A stretch of 64,000 nucleotides of DNA, taken from contig JBAZUY010000001.1 of NCBI GenBank assembly GCA_041661245.1, forward strand, positions 156,355-220,354, given 5' to 3'. A model generated the notes under the pieces. That model was not told the DNA's origin. It saw only the letters and a program-made list of their open reading frames with translations, and searched no databases. Both the position numbers and the translations under genes were made by a program. This DNA comes from an archaeon (GTDB lineage: Archaea; Iainarchaeota; Iainarchaeia; Iainarchaeales; JAAZKV01). This document shows positions 1 through 8,103 of this stretch, in pieces. The stretch's first letter is position 1. Every line of letters begins with the position of its first letter.

Positions 1-592
1 CAGTGTATTTTATTGTTTTATTTTGAATAGTTTGAATATAAGGCGCACTATCTAATGAACAATCTCTTCCAATTAATTGGCAATCAATTATTACTGAAGA
101 AATTGCATGGCTTGCTTGGAAATTTAAGTTAATTGAGTTTTGTGCTTGTAAAGTTACTACTCCGCTAAGCGTTTGTCTATCAGCACCACAAAATACTGTT
201 CCAACTGGATCTCCAGGGTTTGCATATCTATCAATAGTTGTTCCTATTTCTGTTCCGTTAATTGAAATTGTTGTTACTTCATCAGGTTGGTTTTGGTTTG
301 GAGCATCACTTGCATTACCAAATCCGGTTGAAACAACTTGAACAGAACAAATGTGTTCCCCGCTTGATTGAGAAGTAAAAGAATACGTGCATGGTTCACT
401 GCCGCCAGGACCACAATTACCATACATTCCGGGCAATGCTTCTTGTCCGCCATGCAAAGCACAATAATCATCCGCTCTGCAATTAAAAACACTTGAACAA
501 TCAAGAGTAGTTACACTTGCATGAGCAAAAACAGTCATTGCCAATATTAGTAATAAAATTCCACCTAACAAACAAACGTGATTGAACTTCAT
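1..592 (-). CDS. Partial CDS (continues past window start): Cys-rich secreted protein
   Basis: ATG at 592..590 on the minus strand. The frame was hand-translated to position 1 without a stop; it is absent from the ORF track because it is incomplete. N-terminal signal-peptide-like MKFNHVCLLGGILLLILAMTVFAHA, then a Cys-rich region (CSSVFNCRADDYCALHGG...). Confidence 0.5.
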   Translation of the reverse strand, partial: MKFNHVCLLGGILLLILAMTVFAHASVTTLDCSSVFNCRADDYCALHGGQEALPGMYGNCGPGGSEPCTYSFTSQSSGEHICSVQVVSTGFGNASDAPNQNQPDEVTTISINGTEIGTTIDRYANPGDPVGTVFCGADRQTLSGVVTLQAQNSINLNFQASHAISSVIIDCQLIGRDCSLDSAPYIQTIQNKTIKYT

Positions 593-593
593 G

Positions 594-1175
594 TTAATTC
601 CCCCTCTTTACTACTCTTGCAATAAAAGCGACTACCAAAACTGCAGCCACAATAACTAAAATCCAAAACAAAACCCAATCTGTTAAAGTAAAACTACTTA
701 ATTCTCCGCCCCCTAAACTAAATGAAAATAAACCACTCAAAACTTTTGTTGCATCTTGAGAAAAATTAGAATTTGCTTTTGGTTTGAATACTAAAACAAT
801 TTCTTTTTGAACAGTTTCATTATTTGTAATTGCTTCAATTGTTGCATTAACTTCTCTCTCATCACTAAATTTATTATAAACCGTTACTCGCGCTGTTGCT
901 TTTGAATTAGGTGCAATTTGGTTTGGCACTACAACTTCAACTTTTACTGGTGCGAAAACATTTACTGATAAATTCACTGCACTATTCGAAGGGTTATTTA
1001 TTTCAACTAAAAAAGAAGTTTTATCAAACACTGTTACTGTTTCTGGTGCGCTAATATCTAACGCATATGCTTTGGAAGTAAAAATAACTATTACGAATAA
1101 TATTAACACGAGCAAGTACTCTTTGTCAAAAGAAGAAATTTTCTTTGAAACACTCGAAATGTAATTTGTGACCAT
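594..1175 (-). CDS. Hypothetical surface protein with N-terminal hydrophobic segment and C-terminal TM anchor plus basic tail
   Basis: 193 aa ORF. C-terminus WVLFWILVIVAAVLVVAFIARVVKRGN has the TM-plus-KR pattern typical of archaeal surface-anchored proteins. Same strand and tightly spaced with downstream genes. Confidence 0.5.
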   Translation of the reverse strand: MVTNYISSVSKKISSFDKEYLLVLILFVIVIFTSKAYALDISAPETVTVFDKTSFLVEINNPSNSAVNLSVNVFAPVKVEVVVPNQIAPNSKATARVTVYNKFSDEREVNATIEAITNNETVQKEIVLVFKPKANSNFSQDATKVLSGLFSFSLGGGELSSFTLTDWVLFWILVIVAAVLVVAFIARVVKRGN

Positions 1176-1370
1176 AATTAATTTACCCCTTAATTTGGAT
1201 CTTCAATAATAAACCCTGATTAACCCCTTAACCAGACTTTTGTTAACTTTGATAAATTACAAAGTTAGTTCTATTAAGTAATTCCTGTGGAAGAAGTATT
1301 TAAACTTAACGTGTTCACTAAAAGAAGGGACTTTAGGCTATTTTTGCTTAAAACAGCTAAATGAATTAGT

Positions 1371-2015
1371 TTACTTCCGTCTAAGAGACTTAAGTTTAGT
1401 TACAGTTTTTCTTCCAAAAGCAGCAGTATTTTGTTTCCAAACTTTCGCTCGCTCTCTTGCCCGCACTAATTGACTTGGAGAAACTCTTCCATCTAAAATA
1501 GCAGCTTGTAATTTTTCAAGTCGTTTCCTTTTTCTTACACCCAAAGCAACACCCACAGCCGCACCAGCAACAGCACCAGCCGCGCCAACAGGAATAGCTT
1601 GCTTTGTTAGAGGAATAGTTGGTTTTAAACTTAAATAATCTGGAGCCCCACCCAAAATACGATCCTTACCAATTGAAACTAAATGATTATTTGAATCCCT
1701 AACTGTTCGCCATTGTTTTCCAACAGGAATTTGGGCAGGCTTTTGACCTTTTCGAAATAATTTTTGTGCAATACTCCTTGAATCTCTTTCCTGAACTAGC
1801 ACTCTTGCAACTTCTTCTTGCGCGGATTTACTATGCAAATAAGAATTAACTACATTTTCTTTATAACCTAAAGCCAGACCTGCCGCAATAACTCCAACTA
1901 TTGCACCGCGTTTTGCAGAACCCCAAATACCAGGAATTCTTCTTGCAATTCTATTCGCAGCAGCAATTCTCTCTTGCTCAGTAGTAGGTTCAGCCATTTT
2001 TTTCACCAAAAACAA
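1371..2015 (-). CDS. Hypothetical basic protein with two glycine-zipper segments
   Basis: 214 aa. Segments GAIVGVIAAGLALGY and GAAGAVAGAAVGVALGV; Arg/Lys-rich termini. Confidence 0.45.
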   Translation of the reverse strand: MFLVKKMAEPTTEQERIAAANRIARRIPGIWGSAKRGAIVGVIAAGLALGYKENVVNSYLHSKSAQEEVARVLVQERDSRSIAQKLFRKGQKPAQIPVGKQWRTVRDSNNHLVSIGKDRILGGAPDYLSLKPTIPLTKQAIPVGAAGAVAGAAVGVALGVRKRKRLEKLQAAILDGRVSPSQLVRARERAKVWKQNTAAFGRKTVTKLKSLRRK

Positions 2016-2039
2016 TATTCACATTCAACAAAAATAATT

Positions 2040-2903
2040 TTATTTAATTGAATTAACTATAACTTTGTCTTGTGCGATAAGATTATCCTGAAGTTCAACA
2101 ACCACAGTATTACTATTTGCCCCAGAAGTAAAAGTTATTGAAAAAGGATTAGTCCCAGAAACAGTTGCATTTGTGTTTTTAGTTTGAATAAATTTATCTG
2201 ATTTATCCAAAGTTGCAGAATATTCTCCGGAAAAGTTTGTTCCAACATATTTTACAGTAAATGAATCTCCTTCATTAAATTCTTTATCCTTAGAAGAAGA
2301 AGTCACAACAAAAAAAGGACTTATATTTGGCAAAGCACTTGTAGAATCTTTTGGAGTTGCAATATACTGTGAAGCAGAATCAAAAATTAAAACCCTATAC
2401 AAATTAGTTCCAACTTTCTTTGATTCAAATACTACAGGATTATTTACTTTTGTAATTTTATAATTTGAATAATCATTATCTTTTATTACGAAAAAGGAAA
2501 TTCCAACCTTGCTATCTACTTCCCCTGACAAATCATAACTCACATCCGCAGGATTTTCTACAGGCAAAAAAGTAAATGATTTTAAGTCCCCAACAACACT
2601 AGGCGCTGCAGACCCCGTTGCGGCAGGAGCGCCTTGTGCAACTCCGCTTTGGAGAATGTTCACCTTTGATCCAGTGGATTCAATAACAATTTTTGCATTT
2701 AAAGTTTTCAAATAATACTCAATAGACTGCCCTGAAAGAACATTAAGATTTACTTGAGGAATATTTAACTGCTCTTTCCCGCTTGTCATATCCCCAATTG
2801 TTGATATTTCTTGCCCTGCGGAAAATACAAGTCCAATCAAACAAACAAATAATGCAAAAGAAGCCAAAATAATTAAACTATTTTTAGTAATCATATGAAC
2901 CAT
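2040..2903 (-). CDS. Hypothetical secreted protein (N-terminal signal/TM)
   Basis: 287 aa. N-terminal LIILASFALFVCLIGLVFSA; Ser/Thr/Asn-rich body. Separated by 2 bp from the next gene (operon-like). Confidence 0.5.
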   Translation of the reverse strand: MVHMITKNSLIILASFALFVCLIGLVFSAGQEISTIGDMTSGKEQLNIPQVNLNVLSGQSIEYYLKTLNAKIVIESTGSKVNILQSGVAQGAPAATGSAAPSVVGDLKSFTFLPVENPADVSYDLSGEVDSKVGISFFVIKDNDYSNYKITKVNNPVVFESKKVGTNLYRVLIFDSASQYIATPKDSTSALPNISPFFVVTSSSKDKEFNEGDSFTVKYVGTNFSGEYSATLDKSDKFIQTKNTNATVSGTNPFSITFTSGANSNTVVVELQDNLIAQDKVIVNSIK

Positions 2904-2904
2904 A

Positions 2905-5010
2905 TTAACTCACCACTCTCATTCCTATTGTTGTTCCATCATTCACATACAAATACTTCTTTGCAATATTTGGATATGCTGAATTAAGCACTGCATAATT
3001 AACGTTAACTGAATAGGTCTCATTCTTTGTTGGTTGACCATCAACAAAAACAACTGAGATAATATTTTTCCCATCTTTAATATCTTTTTTAATTTCTTTA
3101 ATTACAGAAATCCCTTTGGAATCAGTCATACTAATAACTGAATTAATCTTACTTAACTCACTATCGTAAAGCCACTTATCTACATTTATTCCTCTCCAAA
3201 CAGTATCATTTCCAGAATAACTAACTCCTGAAATTTCAAACACACCAGGATTTGAAGGGAATCCTGCCGAAGTCAAAAATGACATCGCTGCAGATTTATC
3301 TCCAGATTTATAATAAAGGTTTCTTACAAAATCAGGAAGATTAGGCAACGCAGGGCCCTCCCCAGTCATTACTTTTTCAGTGTACTCTTGATTAAATCTT
3401 GCAAACACCATTAACATGTGAGTCCCATTAGGCAACTCGAAATTATTATATCGGTCATTTTTAATGTCTGAAATAATACACTTTTTATTTTTGAAATATT
3501 CTGCCAAAGCAGCAGGATCTGAATCTGTAGCCACCGCAACTGAGCAACCATTTTGAACCAAAAACTTCTGTTCATTATCCTTCATAGCAGGCAAATAATC
3601 CGCACCCAACCAAATAAGTTCACTAGGATCAAAGAATGCGGTTGTTTCCCAAACAAGATTACCAGCTCCCCCATAAGATTCATCTATTGCACCATCAAAA
3701 GAATCTTTCAGAGCTTTAAATCGTTTAACGTTCAATTCAAATTGCGGATCAACAATGTACTTTGCACCAATTAATTTCCCATCAACACTTGTTGCATCCT
3801 TCACCATTAAACTTGGAGGAGAAACATTGGGCAAACTTGTTAGAGCTAAAACCCCAATAGCAGTATTATTTACAATTGCATGAGGAATACCCAAGTAAAT
3901 ACCTCCAAATTTAAATATTTTTGAAGCACCTTTAACTACACGAGTATTTTTTATTGCTTGATAAGCTCGACTAATAATTCCCGGTTTAGCTGCAGCAGTA
4001 ACTGCAAATGCATTATCTGCATATCTTGCGCCTGTACCCGCAATTTCTACTATTGACCCGCCAACTTCTTCAGTTGCTTTCAACATTTTACCTGCCCCAG
4101 CAACATCATCAATTGTGAAAAGTAATTTTTTTCCATCAGCAAGAACAGTGTAAACAGTTCTACCTGCAGAATCAGTTTTTGTAACTAGTGGACTTCCAGC
4201 TTTGTAAAGTTTTTCTAATTTAGCAGTTATTTCTCCAGTCATCCTAACCTTGTCAGCATTTAATGCAGGATTAGCTACTGCCCCACTATAAGCAGGACTA
4301 TTAACATAACTTCTAACATCATTTGCAACTTGAGAAAGCATTTTGTATGCCCCTCGAGATTCTTTTAGACCTTTTAACTCACCAGATTCTTTAAGAGTAT
4401 TTAACAAAGCCTTGTACGAAGTAGCATTTTCTAATTTTAAAATATTTTTACTTGAAGTCATGGATTTTATTGTCCTACTTGCATCATCAAAGAAAACTCC
4501 TTTAGTTTGTAAAAATGTTCGTTCAGAATCAGTAATAGCATTAACTGGATCTTTAATTCGATCAACAATAGTTGCAAACTTGGAAGCATCATCAGGAGTT
4601 GCCATTAATCCTTTAAAAAATTTTCCAGGTTCCCCAACAAATTTTGAACCAAGCGGCAAACCAGATGCCCCTGCTTTAGATACATCAATTGCAACCGCAG
4701 TATCTGCAAGAACAGTAGCTGCTTGTCCAGTTTCTTGGATTGTATCCAAAAACTTTGTTTCTACTGTGTTTGTTGAATCAAAAGTTTCATCTAAAACAAA
4801 ACAAACTACATTAAAGTCCTTTCCGGTCCCAACGTCCCCATAAAATGGACTCCCCTTATTCTTTAATGCCTCTTCAATTAAACTCAATCTAACTCCTTGA
4901 TCAACATTCATACAATTATCAAAATCATAATCTGCAAAGGTAAAACTAACTAGGAAAAGCAAAAAAGCAAAAAGACAAATAAGTTTACTATTCATTTGTA
5001 ACAACCTCAT
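2905..5010 (-). CDS. Large hypothetical secreted protein
   Basis: 701 aa. N-terminal signal-like KLICLFAFLLFLVSFTFA. Overlaps the upstream gene by 23 nt. No recognisable catalytic motif. Confidence 0.55.
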   Translation of the reverse strand: MRLLQMNSKLICLFAFLLFLVSFTFADYDFDNCMNVDQGVRLSLIEEALKNKGSPFYGDVGTGKDFNVVCFVLDETFDSTNTVETKFLDTIQETGQAATVLADTAVAIDVSKAGASGLPLGSKFVGEPGKFFKGLMATPDDASKFATIVDRIKDPVNAITDSERTFLQTKGVFFDDASRTIKSMTSSKNILKLENATSYKALLNTLKESGELKGLKESRGAYKMLSQVANDVRSYVNSPAYSGAVANPALNADKVRMTGEITAKLEKLYKAGSPLVTKTDSAGRTVYTVLADGKKLLFTIDDVAGAGKMLKATEEVGGSIVEIAGTGARYADNAFAVTAAAKPGIISRAYQAIKNTRVVKGASKIFKFGGIYLGIPHAIVNNTAIGVLALTSLPNVSPPSLMVKDATSVDGKLIGAKYIVDPQFELNVKRFKALKDSFDGAIDESYGGAGNLVWETTAFFDPSELIWLGADYLPAMKDNEQKFLVQNGCSVAVATDSDPAALAEYFKNKKCIISDIKNDRYNNFELPNGTHMLMVFARFNQEYTEKVMTGEGPALPNLPDFVRNLYYKSGDKSAAMSFLTSAGFPSNPGVFEISGVSYSGNDTVWRGINVDKWLYDSELSKINSVISMTDSKGISVIKEIKKDIKDGKNIISVVFVDGQPTKNETYSVNVNYAVLNSAYPNIAKKYLYVNDGTTIGMRVVS

Positions 5011-5584
5011 TTACTGCAAAAGAAGCACAAACTGCAAAAACAGAATCATAATACCGAGTATAAAAATCTGCAGAAGCAACGTATCTTTCGCTGTTTAAAT
5101 CAATAATTAACGTGTTACCTTGCAAATAACTGTTTTTTAGTGCATTTAATCCAGAATACTTTGCACTCAAACTAGACATATTAACATCCAAATCCCCTAA
5201 ATAATCAATATTTTCGCACAAAGTATTTTCATCGGAAGTATACTTATCTAAATCAGCTAAAACAATTTTTTCTTCTTTTTTCAAATCAATTACTCCCAAA
5301 TAGTAAGATTTTAAAGCAGCCGAATTTACATCCCCTATAACTAGATCAATAGAACTAATTCCTTGTCGGAGTTTATCTAACTTAGAAACATCAACCTCGG
5401 CAGAACCCTCGTTTACTAATGAAGAAAAAGTGTATCCATTTTTTGAAAAAACATCCTTTAAAGAAGATTCAAAACTTGTAAGAACTGGTTTTTTCTCAGA
5501 AGGTTGATTGAAATAAAAAAATGCACCTGCAACAATAAGCACTACTAGCACTAGTAACCCCAAGTTTCGCCAGCGTTTATCCAT
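4988..5584 (-). CDS. Hypothetical membrane-anchored protein (first gene of the 5584->594 minus-strand cluster)
   Basis: 198 aa. N-terminal TM LGLLVLVVLIVAGAFFYF. Divergent from the 5734 gene. Confidence 0.5.
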   Translation of the reverse strand: MDKRWRNLGLLVLVVLIVAGAFFYFNQPSEKKPVLTSFESSLKDVFSKNGYTFSSLVNEGSAEVDVSKLDKLRQGISSIDLVIGDVNSAALKSYYLGVIDLKKEEKIVLADLDKYTSDENTLCENIDYLGDLDVNMSSLSAKYSGLNALKNSYLQGNTLIIDLNSERYVASADFYTRYYDSVFAVCASFAVNEVVTNE

Positions 5585-5733
5585 TGAATATCACTTTATT
5601 ACTATTATAGATTAATTGTTCGGGAATATAAATACCTTTGCCCTAAAGCATTTTTCCCAACTTTCACTAATTGTCGAAACTGAGTATGCTACTTTAAATA
5701 TTCTTTTTCTCTATTTATCTTAGTGCTTAATTT

Positions 5734-6513
5734 ATGGCTAAGGTTATTGGAAAAAATATTACTCTTAATTCTGAAGAAACCTCTCTTTTAGGAGAAGGAA
5801 AAGAGTTTGAACTTATTCCAAACAACAAAGGAGTGTTTTTACTAATTGACAAATCACTCTTAAAAGAAAAAGAAGGACAACAAGTTTGTGTAAGTGTTCC
5901 CCAAAAAGAAAATTTGGAAGAAGAAGCACAGCAAGTAATTGGTTTAATTAAACAAGGCAAACTTGGGGACTTAGTTGAAGGAAAGTTTGAACTTACTTTA
6001 AATGAAAAACAAAAAAAAGCCCTACTTGAACTTATTTTGAAAGGAACTGTTTTTGTTTTCAAACTAAACGAAACTTACAAAAAAGGAGTTTATAGAGTAA
6101 AAGAGGAAGAACTTCCAACAGAAAATAACCCTGAAAAGAAAGAATCAGAAAGCATTAATGCCCCTGAGAAACCATTTGACAAATACACTCTTGAAGAAGA
6201 TGGGTTTTTGATAATTAAAGGAAAAGAAAGTGCAGCAAGAGCGTCATTTCAATTTGAAAAAGATATTAAAGAAGGGTTATTAAAAGGAATAAAAAGTTTT
6301 GACGGAAATTATTACTTAATTCAAACAGATTTATTACAAAATTATATTAGCAAAGCAATGGGAGCATTCACAAAAAAATCCACTCAATCCTTAGAAGAGC
6401 TTTCTACAAATTTAAAAGTTTCAAAAATGCTAATGAAAGTAATCTGCGAATTCTTAAAAGACGAAGGCGAAGTAATGGAAAGAAAAAAAGGAATGATAAG
6501 CTATATTAGATAA
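5734..6513 (+). CDS. Hypothetical acidic/Lys-rich cytoplasmic protein
   Basis: 259 aa clean ORF. No motif recognised. Confidence 0.5.
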   Translation: MAKVIGKNITLNSEETSLLGEGKEFELIPNNKGVFLLIDKSLLKEKEGQQVCVSVPQKENLEEEAQQVIGLIKQGKLGDLVEGKFELTLNEKQKKALLELILKGTVFVFKLNETYKKGVYRVKEEELPTENNPEKKESESINAPEKPFDKYTLEEDGFLIIKGKESAARASFQFEKDIKEGLLKGIKSFDGNYYLIQTDLLQNYISKAMGAFTKKSTQSLEELSTNLKVSKMLMKVICEFLKDEGEVMERKKGMISYIR

Positions 6514-6553
6514 AAGAGGATAAAATAAATACCAACAAAACTACTTTTTAAAA

Positions 6554-7540
6554 TTAATTTCCACTTAAAGCATTATTGTATAATGCATTAACATCACTTG
6601 CACTCAAAGCTTTATTCCAAATAGAAATTTCCCCAATTTTTCCTTTGAAATTTACTTTGTTTGGGTCAGCATCAGGCACAATATCCCCAAATCTTATTCC
6701 GGGGCTTGTAGCATTTCCAGTCCCATATGCCCCAGCAACTAATGAAACTCCGTTCAAATAAATACTTTTGAAATTACTACTTTTTGAAGAAACAACTGTT
6801 AAAAGATACCACTTATCTTTTTCCATCAAAACTGAATTAAAAATATCCTTTTCAACGCCACACGAATTATCTATGTTGAAGGAACAAACATAAAATATCA
6901 AATCCTGGTAATAATTTCTTAAAAAAACACCCCCCATATTATTCCCACTAGCCACGTTAGTAATAAACAAACCATAATTTTTTCCATCTCCGGAATCAAC
7001 TAAAGTAAAGCCTGGAGATAACCAAACGGAAATAGTTCTTTCAATACTATTGGGATAAGTATCTAAAGAAAGAACATCATTTTGTCCATCAAATTGCAAA
7101 GCATTCTCACCAAATAAACCAACCACCGGAAGTGGACAAGAATCACCAGAGCAAGTTAAAGAATTCTCGCCAATTGTATCTGCAACTTTCCCCCCAACAA
7201 CATTGTCCATTCTCCAAACAGAATTCAATTCAACAACTAACGGATCTGATTTCAAGTAATAATGATTATTCACCCTATAATACGCCCCACTAGTTTCTTT
7301 GAGTTGATCAAATGAACTATTCGCAGAAGTTATTCCAGAAATACTTTGCTGTTGACCTTGATTCAAAACACTTGTGATTGCAATTGTAACAATTGCTACA
7401 ACCAAAATCGCAGCACCAATAATCAACAAATACTCAATCGCACCCTGTCCACGCAAGTGGGCCTGCGCCCTAGAATTATCAAAAAACATATCCACAATAG
7501 CACTTTTCCACTTAAAAAACTCTTCGAAAAGTCCTTTCAC
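6554..7540 (-). CDS. Archaeal type IV pilin-like protein (class III signal peptide) with LamG/ConA-like C-terminal domain
   Basis: RGQGAIEYLLIIGAAILVVAIV matches the archaeal prepilin (K/R)G-Q..EY hydrophobic-stretch pattern. The true start is probably the internal Met (MFFDNS...). C-terminal ...KGKIGEISIWNKALSASDVNALYNN resembles LamG jelly-roll ends. Confidence 0.6.
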   Translation of the reverse strand: MKGLFEEFFKWKSAIVDMFFDNSRAQAHLRGQGAIEYLLIIGAAILVVAIVTIAITSVLNQGQQQSISGITSANSSFDQLKETSGAYYRVNNHYYLKSDPLVVELNSVWRMDNVVGGKVADTIGENSLTCSGDSCPLPVVGLFGENALQFDGQNDVLSLDTYPNSIERTISVWLSPGFTLVDSGDGKNYGLFITNVASGNNMGGVFLRNYYQDLIFYVCSFNIDNSCGVEKDIFNSVLMEKDKWYLLTVVSSKSSNFKSIYLNGVSLVAGAYGTGNATSPGIRFGDIVPDADPNKVNFKGKIGEISIWNKALSASDVNALYNNALSGN

Positions 7541-7580
7541 TAGAAATATAAACCTTGTTTGAAGTAAATTAATTACAACT

Positions 7581-7651
7581 GGGGTTATGGTATAGTGGTA
7601 TTACGAGCGGCTCCAGACCGCTATAACGGGGTTCGATTCCCCGTAACCCCA
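7581..7651 (+). tRNA. tRNA-Trp (anticodon CCA)
   Basis: Hand-folded cloverleaf. Acceptor GGGGTTA/TAACCCC, anticodon stem AGCGG/CCGCT with loop CTCCAGA, T-arm CGGGG-TTCGATT-CCCCG, discriminator A. No encoded CCA. Confidence 0.85.
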
Positions 7652-7679
7652 CTAAGTTATCTTTTTATTTTATTTAAAA

Positions 7680-8012
7680 CTAATATCTCACTTGAAAATC
7701 AATAAATTTTTCTGAATTCTTTATTTCATCCATCACAACATTATCCACTCGCACGTGAGAAGGATTCTCTTTGAAATAAAAAATAAATTCATTAATATTT
7801 TCCTTTTCTCCCTGCAAAATAGTTTCAACACAATTAAAATCAAAAGAATTTTTTACCCAACCGGTTAATCCAAGAGAATTTGCTTTTCTTAAAGCCAAAA
7901 ACCTAAACCCTATCCCTTGAACCCTGCCAAAAAAGTTAACTGAAAAAGTTACAATTACCATAGCAATTAGACAGGCAAAACAAAGTAAAAAGGTTTTGGA
8001 AAGCACAAACAA
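7680..8012 (-). CDS. acyP: Acylphosphatase
   Basis: FFGRVQGIGFRF matches the acylphosphatase signature V-x-G-x-V-Q-G-V-x-F-R. The ORF likely carries a spurious N-terminal extension; true start probably MVIVTF... Confidence 0.65.
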   Translation of the reverse strand: MFVLSKTFLLCFACLIAMVIVTFSVNFFGRVQGIGFRFLALRKANSLGLTGWVKNSFDFNCVETILQGEKENINEFIFYFKENPSHVRVDNVVMDEIKNSEKFIDFQVRY

Positions 8013-8103
8013 AACTTTAAATGTCTTTTATTTCTTAATTAACTTACTAAAGCGCTGTTTTTACAGAACGTTTTAGGCGATTACCCAAGTCTAAGGTGTT
8101 TGT

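Noticed and set aside
3553-4843. Plus-strand ORFs (73 aa, 166 aa) inside the 2905..5010 gene
   Set aside because: They are antisense to a long, well-supported 701-aa ORF with low-complexity translation, so they are unlikely to be coding.
7346-7562. Plus-strand small ORFs (65 and 62 aa)
   Set aside because: They overlap the N-terminus of the pilin-like gene on the opposite strand, and their translations are low-complexity.
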